A stretch of DNA of 62,955 nucleotides, filler included, from Atractiella rhizophila (lineage: Eukaryota): NCBI GenBank assembly GCA_021432655.1. It is 9 parts of 9 records of this genome, joined end to end, with 100 filler letters (N's around TTAATTAATTAA, not from the genome) between each part and the next. Parts side by side here need not be neighbours in the genome. Positions count along the whole stretch, not along the records: positions 4,482 to 12,950 come from MU272150.1; positions 13,051 to 21,512 come from MU272151.1; positions 21,613 to 30,049 come from MU272152.1; 6 more parts are not named here. One strand, given 5' to 3'. Shown one piece after another: positions 12,401-23,872 of the stretch; position 1 is the stretch's first letter; the number at the start of each line of letters is the position of its first letter. The notes under the pieces are model-generated. The model searched no databases and was not told the DNA's origin. It was given only the letters and a program-made list of their open reading frames with translations. The position numbers and the translations under genes are program-made.

Positions 12401-12950
12401 GAGGAATAAAGGCTAAGAACTATCAGTGACCGGAGTGAGCTCTTCCAGAGGTTGAGGAAACACCAATACTGCCATATGAAGTTAAGAAATTAGAATGTGT
12501 ATGCTAAGACAAACCTGTGGATGCAACGCCATACACAGCCAACTCTTTTTCTTGTAGGTGAAATGGAAGTTCGGCTACTGGTGCTGAACCCACACATGAT
12601 GAGGCATAAGGAGCTTTACAAAGGTACCTGCCTTCTTGAACATTAGTGTGTAGAGCAATCCGGTCTTCTTGTCACTGTATCATTGGGTTACTCTCATTCA
12701 AGGCTAAAGTTCTAATGTAAGCTGAGCAAGAAGGATGATGTGCACCCACACATTATGACATCTTCAGTGCTCTGCTCAGCAGAAATAGGAACGATAGAGT
12801 CATTGCTTAGGACTGCATCTGGACGATATACGTGAGACTGAGTCTCAAAACTCATAGCTGGAAACCTTACCATGCAGGTTCTCTGCCCTCTTCCCCTTCC
12901 TGACTGACCGGTGCACAGAGCCTGCTCTGGAGGAGGAAACACTCATTACT

Positions 12951-13050
12951 NNNNNNNNNNNNNNNNNNNNNNNNNNNNNNNNNNNNNNNNNNNNTTAATT
13001 AATTAANNNNNNNNNNNNNNNNNNNNNNNNNNNNNNNNNNNNNNNNNNNN
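12951..13050. other. Artificial contig linker
   Basis: N44-TTAATTAATTAA-N44. Confidence 0.97.
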
Positions 13051-15413
13051 CCTTCGTATGCCGCTTTTATGCCACCATAAATCTTCTCGTCGAAACCATC
13101 ATCGATGATGACCGCAATTTTACGGGACCTAAATAGGCAAATCAGCTTGATGGCGATAGAAGGAAAAGGGCGGAATACTTGATGATCGGCTCACTAGGGA
13201 TGAACTCCATCTGGCTGAGTTGAATAGTCTTCCTTCCATCGTTTGGCGTCTCCTCCTTCTCTGGAATCCTTCCTCCAACCTTTTCCGCAACCTCCCTCGC
13301 CAGTTTGTTTGAGATGTTATTGAGTTTGATCATCATCTTATCGAGCACTTGAGAGTCGTCACACTTGTCCAGTTCAAAGGAGAGAGCATTGGCAAGATGG
13401 TTTTGTTCGACTGAAGACAGGGAGTTGTAGAACAATTGAGCTTGCTTAAAATGCTCGTTGAACTTGGGTCCTCGCATCCTAGCCTTCACTCCCTCATTTA
13501 TGCGCTCGCGATACCTTCACAAATTCCAGTGAGAAGAAGAGAACGGTTATCTAGGAATCCAGACATACTCAGGGGTGTGTTTCAGGGTTTGGGGAGGAGC
13601 AGCGTCGAATCGATTGGGATGGTAATTCGGTGTCAGGCGTGTAGTGATACGGTGTCTCATCGCTCCATCACTTGTTAAAGTGCGTCAGTGCATCCTCTAG
13701 GTAAATATTCAAACGAGCTAACCGGTTGATGAGATTTCTCATTGGACAAATGGGCCTATTGATCGGCAACTCCTGCCAGTTGGCTCCCAACCTGGAAAGC
13801 TGAGTGTCAAAATAGGAAAAGTTACGGCCCTCTGAACATTTTGATGAGATGATCATCAGAATCCGTTAATGACATGGAGAAGATCAGGCATACGCAAGAG
13901 AGGGTCATTCGAGAATCCGATACCAGGAACGATGTGAGAAGTGCAGAAAGCGACTTGTTCGGTTTCCGGAAAGAATTCTGCGATCCATCAGAATTCAAGA
14001 GCGAGAATACACTGACAAGAGAAGCACAAACCGTCCACACATCTGTCCAAGACCAATTCTCCAATATCGATCTTTGGCACCAAGTCCTCCGGCCAGATCT
14101 TTGTTGCGTCCAAAATACTATGTTCAAAGCATCAACATTCAATCGACTTCTGGCAAGAGGAAGAAACCGTACTCGAAATCAAAACTATCTTCCTTCTCCT
14201 CGGGCAGAACTTGAATGGAGAACGTCCACTTCGCGGGGGCGCCGTTTAGTATCGCTTCCTCTAAATCCTTGCGATGAAAGTCTGGATCTGCGCCGCTAAT
14301 CTTGATCGCTTCATCCCACACGATAGAATGTACACCGAGTTCAGGCGTGAAGTGGAACTTGACAAAATGACGCTTCCCCTCGGCATTGAGCAGAGTATAC
14401 GTGTTCACCCCGAACTAAATAACCATGGAAACATCATGTTTCGTTATCACGGAGTGGAGAAAATGGAGGCGTACACCTTGCATCATTCGATAAGATCTTG
14501 GCACAGCTCTATCCGACATCACCCACATCAACATGTGCGAAGTTTCGGGTTGGAGGGAGATGAAGTCGTAAAAAGAGTTGTGAGCGGATTGGCCTTGAGG
14601 AACCTCATTGTGAGGCTCTGGTTTGACGGCATGAACGATGTCGGGGAACTACTCCACAAGAAAAACAAGTTTAGCAAATTGAATATCCTTGAAAAGGCTG
14701 CAGTAACTCACTTTGATTGCGTCTTGGATGAAGAAAACGGGAATGTTATTGCCTACGATATCCCAATTACTGGAGAACGATACAGGTTCAGCTTTCCTAT
14801 CATCAATTGCAATTGAGTGAGCTCTCACCCTTCATCAGTATAAAGTTTAACCGCAAAGCCTCTCACATCCCTGACGGTATCGGCGCTGCCCTTACTGCCT
14901 TGGACTGTTGAAAAGCGTACGAAAACCGGCGTCGTCTTCGAGGTATCATTGAGTACTTTGGCGAAGCTGTATTCAGGAACGGGACGATGTAGCTTGAAGT
15001 ATCCATGCGCTCCAGTTCCTACTCGACGAGTTGTCAGCTTCAAGCTGCCGAGCGAGGAAGGTAAAACGAAGGTAGGCTGACCTCTAGCATGCACTACTCG
15101 TTCGGGAATACGTTCGTGGTCGAATCGCATGATCTTCTCCCGCGCAACTTGATCCTCCAATAGAGCAGGTCCCACGGAGTTGCCAGAAGAGAGTTTGAGC
15201 CACGTATCCGTATCGATAATTGGCGCGCCTGGTTTTTCGGACGCCGCAAGCATAAGAACGCGTGGTTTAAAGGAATAGGGACAACAAACCAGCGTCCGTA
15301 GTCATTACCCCTTTCCCTTGAAACTCGTTTGGATCCCACATTTCCCTCTTCAGATCCTTGACTTTTGCACTGTCCATAACTGCGTCTTTGATTGCTGTGC
15401 CAATGGAAGCCAT
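13051..15413 (-). CDS. Large-subunit heme catalase (clade 2, CatA-like), multi-exon, 3' truncated in the C-terminal domain
   Basis: Reads [10 protein letters not shown]...[16 protein letters not shown] (distal His), [47 protein letters not shown] and [10 protein letters not shown] (proximal Tyr), then [13 protein letters not shown] at the start of the flavodoxin-like domain. Confidence 0.96.
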
Positions 15414-15923
15414 TTCGACGTTTTTCCTCAAGGCGAAACCAGAAAACGAAACGAAGGGCTTCCAGGCCTTTATACAGGAGAGCTGTCTGCATTTGACGTC
15501 TTGTGACGCAAGCTAGATTCTGCGATATTCTGCGTTCGAATCCGATGATCGCGACCCATCAGAAGCGCTGGATTGTTATGAGCTTGCAGATCGCAGCGCT
15601 TGAGCTCATTACAGACATTTCCATTTGCTTGATAACGAGCTCAGAATAATTCAGCCGTGGACTTCGCAGCTTGGATCCTTGAAAGTCGCTGTGGTTGCCA
15701 TCTTCGTGACTTGGCGCAAGATTGATAGAGCGTGTGCGCTGAAATGATCGACTGTGACGTCGACAATTGCCAACAGCACTTCTACCACTGTCCGCCTGCA
15801 TCGCCACAGTACCCGCACGAACAGGCTCTTTGTCCACCAGCACACAGACATTAAACGCCGAATCAAACCATTTTCTAGAATCGATACCAAAGCGATCTAT
15901 AACAAAAGGGATCTCTTCACAAT

Positions 15924-18066
15924 ATGCAGAAGGAAAAACCAGGACTCGATCTCTCCCTTTACCTGGTAACTCAGCGAGAAGCACTTCCCACAGGGGTCAG
16001 CTTCGAGAGGAATATCGAACAGGCCATATTGGGAGGCGTAACAGTTGTCCAGCTCAGGTGGGTTGTCTGGATGTTGTACCATCGGCTCGCTCTTTTTATT
16101 CATCAGCTAAGAAGCGAGTACAGGAGGTTACTTAAAGTACACTCCTATTTATCTAATCTATGTGTCCAATTCTCTTGCGTCCACTCCAGGAATGAATCGC
16201 TGGCTAACTAACTCTGTGTCATGCAGAGAAAAGCACGCAGATACAGGTCCTTTCTTGGATTTGGCGATGCGCGCAAAAGCAATATGTGACAAAGTCTGCC
16301 GTTCTCCTTTCTCTGGATTATCTTTCTAACTGAAATTTGCAGTACTCCATTCCTCTGATCATCAACGACCGCCTGGACATCTGTCTCTCCATCGGTGCTT
16401 CCGGGATACATGTCGGACAAAGCGATCTCCCATGTTCCATCGCCAGAAAAATCCTGGGTCCCTCTGCTTACATTGGAGTGTCTGTGAACACTGTCGAAGA
16501 GGCACAGAAAGCGGTGGAGGATGGAGCGGACTACGTGGGGATTGGACCTTGCTTCGTGACGAAGAGCAAGAGCGATATCAAGGGTTTACTTGGAACGGCT
16601 GGTGTGGCGGAGATCGTTGATTGCTTGCCGAAGGAAGTCGGATGCGTGACCATCGGTTCGTCCTATCCTCACTTCGTCCTCCGTGTTTTGCCTCGTCGAA
16701 CAAGGAGGCTGATTCCGCTGATTGTCAAAAGGCGGAATTAGCGAAATGAATGTCTGGCGAATTATGCACGGAACTGTTGGAACTAACACTGGGAGGTGTC
16801 TGGATGGCATCGCCGTCATCTCTGCGATTGTCTCTTCCATTGAGCCTCGAGAGGCATCGAAACGTCTTGCGGAAGAAGTCAATGCCTTCAAAACCTCTCA
16901 CAAAGACTTCTGCGCCACTAGAGAGGTGCAAAGCATAGATTCCATTTTAAAAGTAGCTGGGAATCTTTTTGAGAAGATGAGACAGAGCCCTAAGGTCGTA
17001 CAGCAAATTACAAATGTAAGTCTACCAAAATGCATTTGAAACGAAATGGACAGCCTAACTTGGGAGAGGGAATAGACAGTTGTTCAGAACGACTCAGCAA
17101 ATCTTACGTTGGCACTGTCAAGCTCTCCAATCATGTCCTCCTCGCAAGCAGAAGCTGAGGACCTATCGAAAATCATCGGGTCGCTAGTCGTCAATCTGGG
17201 GACACTGAACCCAGAGCAAGTGGACGGAATGCGTGTTTCTGGTTTGCCTTTGAATTTTCCAACTAAAGTTCAGCTCTAATGTCTGGCGTTTAGGCCAGTT
17301 CGCCAACCAGCAAAAGAGACCTGTAGTATTCGATCCCGTCGGGGTCGGCGCTTCTACACTTCGAAAGGAAACCACAAAAGGTATGTGACTCCCAGAGAAC
17401 AGCTAAGATGAAGCTGAGAAGTGGGATTTAGAGCTACTCGCACATTGGCAGGTGTCGGTGATAAAGGGGAACGCAGGAGAGATCGCCACTCTCTCCGGTT
17501 TCTCAGGCGTGCGCCGTTACTTTATCTTTGTTTGCCCCATCAGCTGACGAAAACGCCAACAGGCTCAATCGCGAGGTGTCGACAGTGTCGGTGCTGTCTC
17601 GAATCCTTCCCAAGTGGTGCTACATCTGGCTCGTAAAGAGAAGTGCATAGTGGCTATGACTGGGAAGGAGGACTACGTTTCTGACGGAACATCTGTTTAT
17701 AAGATCAGTAATGGCCACAAGTATCTCGCAGCAATCACAGGCTCGTGCGTGTTGACTCTTTCTCCCACCATCCGTTCGTTCGGTGCTAAAGTAATTCGTA
17801 TCGTTTTGTCTGTCAGGGGATGTATGACAGGGTCTGCAATAGCCTGTCTCGCTGCCCAGGCCAACAACATCCACCATTGCGAACATCCAGACCTGCTTGC
17901 AGCAACAATTGCTGGTCTGCTCCTCCTCGAAGTCGCAGGAGAACTGGCAGCTGAAAGAACAGAGACTAGAGGCCCGGGAACGTTCAGGGCGGCGCTTATT
18001 GACGAAACCTTCAATCTGAAGTGGGATGTCGTATTGAGACGAGCCAAAGTTGAACGGATTGTGTGA
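15924..18066 (+). CDS. THI6: Bifunctional thiamine-phosphate synthase / hydroxyethylthiazole kinase
   Basis: ThiE domain: DLSLYLVT...GGVTVVQLREK...PLIINDRLD...GIHVGQSD...ADYVGIGP. ThiM domain: VQQITN...VFDPVGVGA...VIKGNAGEI...ITGSGCMTGS...GPGTFRAALID. Confidence 0.95.
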
Positions 18067-18238
18067 TGGCAAAAGTGTCCATCATGAGACCTCCAAACTA
18101 ATGGTGTCTTGGCTCTGTATGATATTACGCGGTGGAAGAACTGCATTGCAATCGCGTACGCTTTCGAAGTCGGCAACTTTACATGCCAACGTCGCTGTCA
18201 TCATAAATAACACCGTTTTTTCTCGGAAATTCAAGACG

Positions 18239-20493
18239 TTAGGCACCGCCTGCTTCTCTGGCCTTCTCGTCGTGTACTTCTCTGGCCTTCTCTTCATGAA
18301 GATCGTCTTGTTTTTCGAGGCTGTCTTTTTCCAAGTCATCCCTCGATGTGACTGCCAACTAGTGAGCAGATAACCTGGAAACAGATAACTCGACGTACTA
18401 CCCGTTGGCGCAGGAGCCTCGTGATCTGCTCCAGCTCCCTCTTCAGCAGCGGTTTTGGCCTTCTCGAATTCAGAACCGTGATACTCGCTTCCAAACAGAC
18501 ACCAGAAGATGATCCATGCAGCAACGATTCCAATGAATATGGCTACATAGAACCATCAGTGTTTTTCATGCGGGCTGAAAGGTAGCTGACCTTGAATTTT
18601 GGCATAATCAGGCACAACCTTTCCATGAACAGTCGTTTTGGATGATTCTCCTGCGGTAGCCTCGATTTGGGAGGACGCGGAGGACACCATGTTACCCAAT
18701 TGATATGCGACACCAGGGAAGGTGGCTCTGAAGGCAGGAGGCGAGATTTCCTGAAGGTAAGCAGGTACGACTCCCCATGCTCCTTGGACTCTGGAAAGTA
18801 TCGATTCAGTTCAACTGGGGTATGGGATGGAACTGAAAGTTACCCGCTCTGAACAAAGAATGCCCCAGTAGCTAGACGGCCAAACGTGTCAGGCAGTGTC
18901 TGTAAGCTCCATCGTCAAAGGCCGCCTCTGGAGGAAGAGGACAACAGACCCACTATCCCAAAGATGCACATCAGAGTTGGTCCTTCGGATTCAGATAGTT
19001 GAATGAACATACAAGAGGAATCCAGCATGCAGTCCACAAGCAACAGCCAATGATGACAAGACGTCTTCCGAAGTATTGCGACAAATAACCACTGAGAGTG
19101 CCACCGACAATAGCACCACAATTACCTTGAGCATTTCGTGGTTAGACACATCGCCGATGGAAGATAACGTAGAGTAATACCTATTATAGTTGCGACTGCT
19201 CTCCTGCATTAGTGACTTTACAGCAGCCAAAAGAAAGAGTTTTCACCTGTTGCCTGATGGTCGGAGAGCAGCTTGGCTTCCTTGAGATAGGTGGGGTAGA
19301 GATCCTGACTGCCATGGGAGAAGAAATTGAATCCGGACATAAGCAACACTGCGAAGATGCATCGTTGCCAGTGTAACTTCAAGGCTGCCTTCACGCTCTG
19401 GAAGAAGAACTTCGATTTGCCTCCAGTGTTGCCGGCCGCCTTGGACTTCAAGAAGAACTCGCTTTCAGGGAGGAGCAGACGGAAGACAGCACCCTGCAGG
19501 GCTCTCAGCAGCGCGAAGAGGCAGAATATCAAAGAGGACGTACACCGAGGGAGAGGCCAGAGCCGAGGTAGAAAAGCGGTCTCCATGAATTTTTATCGTG
19601 CACCAAAGTTAGATTGACGACGGCAGCGATGAGATATCCACAAGCGTAGCCTTGCTGGAGGATTCCGGAGAACAAACCTCGTGCTGTTTTGCTCCGTTAA
19701 CGATTTCAAGAAGGAGGGATACAAGGCTACCTTCAACTGGCATGTTTTCCAATCCGTTCGATGCCGCGAGTCCCCAAATTCCACCCATTCCAATTCCAAA
19801 GAGGGATCGAACAGCTAGGAAAGCGCTCCATTCGTCAACAAAACCAGTTCCGAGCTGCCAAATCAGTTACCACCTAAGTTTCAGCGCTAAGAGAGCACGA
19901 GGACACGGACTTGTAGGACAGCAATGATCACCAGGTTGACAACCAGAGGCCATTTACGGCCATATCTGTCTGAAATGACGCCGAAGATCGCAGCTCCCAA
20001 GCTTCTAAAGAGAAGGGTGAGGGTGATGGAGGTCGTAATCGTGTCTGACGCTCTTGGTCAAGCACTTTCAACCTCAAGTGCACTTAACTCACGGGTAGAT
20101 TTATCAAATTGCTTGGCCAGGCGACTAACCGTCAGAGAGACGCAGAAGAAGTCGTAAGCTAAAGCAACCAGGAGTTATCAACCGGACATCGTATCTTAAG
20201 ATAAGCTGAATAAACGTACCATCCATGGTCCACGCTGGGAATGGCCGTCAGATATCAACAGGCGCGAAGAATGTGACCAACTAACCATACCATCCACTAA
20301 AGAAAAGAAGCCATTGCTTGAGCGTGAGAGATCGCAGAATAGCAAACAGGCTGTAAGACCTCGCTTGCGCCCTCTATCAACACCATCCCGTCTTAACTTT
20401 TACAACCAAAACGGATTCAAGGTGACAACTCGCCTGTTCTTTAGAGGGACGCTTCGGAAGGTTAGCCACGAACTCGCTCCAGTTCTTAATCAT
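18239..20493 (-). CDS. JEN1: MFS carboxylate/H+ symporter (Jen1 family), multi-exon
   Basis: Reads [56 protein letters not shown] and the Jen1 signature [16 protein letters not shown], ending ...EAGGA* at 18239. Confidence 0.92.
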
Positions 20494-20944
20494 CTTGTCA
20501 CAATGGAGGCGTTGAAGGCTTCTCGCTTATGAGCAGAAAGCTGGGGGAAATGGAGAAGGCGATCAAGCAGAGCTTTTATACCCCCACCCGAAAAGAATGA
20601 ATTGTAGATTTCGACACCAGATCCGTGCAGGTCATCCGGGAAGCTCCATCATTAGACCCATTCAAAAACCAGCCTAAACTTGTCGACATCGACCTGCGAT
20701 AGATTGGTCACCAAGAATAGGCATGCCAAGCACTCCCTCTCCACGGGATGCTCCACGGGGGAGCCTGAACCTTGGACTTCGCATTTCCGAATTCCACACT
20801 TCCCCAACGCCAAGATTCTGCAATAGAACGATCGAGCAGCATGATGATGAGAAAGTCCACAGCTATTTCGCTGCAAAAGGCTCAAGGCCGTTGGAATGCT
20901 AGTGTAGCTACGTAATACTCCTACGTTCAAGCTGTAACTTACTG

Positions 20945-21280
20945 TCAGCCAAGCTCATCAGCGGGAGAACCCTCCTCATCCTTGATTGATTAATGTTGAG
21001 TGAAGGACTCAAGCTTGAATGTCTTAACTTTTCCTATCCGACTTTGCTCGAGATTCTGGCGAACATCCATGTTGCTATCTTGTGCCATCTCCTAATTTCA
21101 TGCATTCACGATGCATCGATAAGGAGCAATGGTGTCACTGAAGTGTGACACCAGTGTCAAACCGAGCCCAGCGGGAGAAACCTCCTTAATCCTTGATTAA
21201 ATGATGTGTGCCAGAACATCATAACCCGCACCTTCCCGAACTTTGTTTGATGCTGTTTGGAAGTACCTTGTGCCAACCTG
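20945..21280 (+). repeat. Imperfect tandem duplication, period about 210 nt, upstream of JEN1
   Basis: CAGCGGGAGAACCCTCCTCATCCTTGATT (about 20959) versus CAGCGGGAGAAACCTCCTTAATCCTTGATT (about 21169). Downstream ACTTTG and CTTGTGCCA blocks also recur. Confidence 0.6.
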
Positions 21281-21512
21281 CAACTCGGTGCTAATTTGAT
21301 TCTTTCAAGATGGCATCCGTGGTGATCGATGGAGAAGGACCTACACCGCGATAGCTCTCCAGTTCTAACCCGGGCTATGTTGGCAAAAATGAATCAACTG
21401 GCACGCAGTCTCGAATGCTCCCAATCATTTACACTTTCCGTACTCCCGTAGAGGATCGGTTGAGAAAATGACGAAGTGCGGCAAAGACCGGGTCACAATC
21501 GCGACTCAAGCA

Positions 21513-21612
21513 NNNNNNNNNNNNNNNNNNNNNNNNNNNNNNNNNNNNNNNNNNNNTTAATTAATTAANNNNNNNNNNNNNNNNNNNNNNNNNNNNNNNN
21601 NNNNNNNNNNNN
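21513..21612. other. Artificial contig linker
   Basis: N44-TTAATTAATTAA-N44. Confidence 0.97.
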
Positions 21613-21951
21613 GCGACGGGGGTAGAGTAGACCCGTTCCATTTCTTCAAACAACCAATCTGTAAATTTCGGATCGTAGGAATCAGCACCGATAAGGTCGG
21701 AAAGTTCCGTGGTGATGTTAGCTCGCGATTTGCGGTTGGCGAGCATGACAAGACAGTATTCGGACATGACAGACTAGCAACAAAATGAAGCATTAGTTGG
21801 CATGTTATTTGTTCACGGGAGACCCAGAGAAATTAAGGAAAGAAATGAGACGCACATCGTCCTCGTCAGTGTAATTGTACTCCGCCAACTTCTTCTGGAT
21901 CGCATTCTGTAATGCGTCGCCCTGGGGAGTGTTCAGTTGAACAGAGGCCAT
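21613..21951 (-). CDS. N-terminal PWI-like domain of a Nab2/ZC3H14-like poly(A) RNA-binding protein (3' truncated)
   Basis: MASVQLNTPQGDALQNAIQKKLAEYNYTDEDD|SVMSEYCLVMLANRKSRANITTELSDLIG...PKFTDWLF. Confidence 0.72.
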
Positions 21952-22190
21952 GATGCAGCGGTCACGATTCCTTGTTGCAAATAGTAAGATTCAAGTCGGT
22001 TTTATTGGTAGGAAGAGTGAACTTGAAAGGAATCGTCGTTTTTTGTCAGTCTCGTCCAGACCCCTTAAGGTTCGCCACGCACATTACCACAATAGGGTTA
22101 GGACTTCCTACGAATCTTCTTGCTTTTCTTTGACTGTCTCATTCCAACGTCTTTAGTTTATAATTCTGGTGCAGAAGAGTGAAGAGGAGG

Positions 22191-23193
22191 ATGTCGACAG
22201 CGCACAGGCCAACATGGGACCCCGCTCAGGGAAGACAACAAAACCTGAACACGCGTCAATACAGTTCTCGACAACTGCCATCGCACACCAAGCTTAAGTT
22301 CCGAGCTCCAGGGCAGACGTCTCAGTCTGATGTCGCGCGGAGGGACTTGAAGAGGGAGCTGGAGGAAGCTGAGGAGGAAGCGAGGAATAAACGGGCAAGG
22401 GTTGGAGAGATTCAGAACAGGGAGGAAGAAGGAAGGCGGAAGGCGATTAGAGAAGCTGTGGAGCTGGATAAGGATGATAGTGATCAGTATGTCCCTCCCT
22501 TCTCGTTCATCTCCCTTGAAATTTTTTGGTCATGGTTCTTATGTTGTCTTTGTGGTCGACAGGGAGGACGACCAGAACATGTCCGCTGTCCCCGACTCGT
22601 CAAATGGGAATGCGAAACAAGCGAACGATTCTGATGATTCTTCTGACTCTTCAGATGATGAGGAAGACGAGACGCAAGAGTTGCTTCGGGAGTTAGAGAA
22701 GATTAAGCGCGAGCGAGCTGCGGAAAAGGAAGCGCAGGTCTGTAGTCGTTCCCTTCCCTCTCTGTCGCTAAATCGACCGAACAGGAACGCGAGAAAGCAG
22801 AAGGAGAAGCTCGCACTCGGGAAGAGGAAATTGCCCTGGGCAATCCTCTGCTTAACCTGCAAGCCGCACTTGGCGGTGGTGCCACTCCACGATCAGATGT
22901 TTCCATGTCAATGTCGTCTGACAGTTTTCAGGTTTGTCCCTCCTCACGGCTGACAAGTATTTCGAAGATGACTTTGTGGAAATAGGTCAAGAGAAGATGG
23001 GACGACGATGTGATATTCAAGAACCAAGCGAGAACATTGGAGAAAGGCAAGAATAAGGAGTTCGTCAATGATTTGTTGCGAACCGAGTTCCACAAGAAGT
23101 TTCTAAAGTACGTATTGCCACTCCCGTCTCTCTCTTCAACTGTTACATACTTAACTACTCGTTCCGTCGGTCAACAGGAGATACATTGCCTGA
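22191..23193 (+). CDS. CWC15: Pre-mRNA splicing factor Cwc15
   Basis: [14 protein letters not shown]...[10 protein letters not shown]...[13 protein letters not shown]...GNPLLN...[15 protein letters not shown]...[16 protein letters not shown]. Confidence 0.96.
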
Positions 23194-23872
23194 TCGTCGT
23201 CATCATCTTATTTTGCAACAACGTTCACGTCACGGTGTACTGTACCGAGCGCGTCTCCTTCCTGCTCCGTTCTCAGCCCCGTTGCGCATTGCAAGCAGGT
23301 GCTAGAGAAGGGGCGGGATACCGCGTCACGCGCACGTTTGGCCATTTTTGACCTCCCCCATCTTGTCAAGATCTCAAGATCTCCCTTACGTTGACTTTGG
23401 GTCGTCGAGCCCAGGTTCTGTTGGAAATGGCGGTATTCCGTCATGCATTCGCTGCGGAAATCCCTCACCCCTTTTCTCTTCTCTCTCATCTCTTCAGTTC
23501 CAGTTTTCTTATACCCTACGTGCAATACGATATTACTGTCCAAACTGGGAGGATACAGAAGGAAATGACAATAGGTCTCTCTATAGTTTACAGTCCTCTA
23601 TATGCAAAATGTACTTATTGCGCATTCTGAACTCCAAAAGCAACTCTTGGTAAAGAGTCTCATTATCGGCAGACCTTTCAGGCTTTCTTTGGGGGATCGG
23701 TATGCCGATTTCCCGACCCCTCGTTCCCATCAAATGCGCGGCATATAAAAAGAGCCAGACGAGCTCGGCCACCTTCCCGCATAACGTCCACCACGTTCTA
23801 ACGACCAGCTCCCGCTCGTGACGCAAACAGTATCGTTTTCTCATCTCGTCCATACAAGTACTTTTAGGCATC

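Noticed and set aside
15414..15923. Possible TPP riboswitch upstream of THI6
   Set aside because: The conserved aptamer motifs (CUGAGA; UGAU...AAU...GCG) were not found in the proper order.
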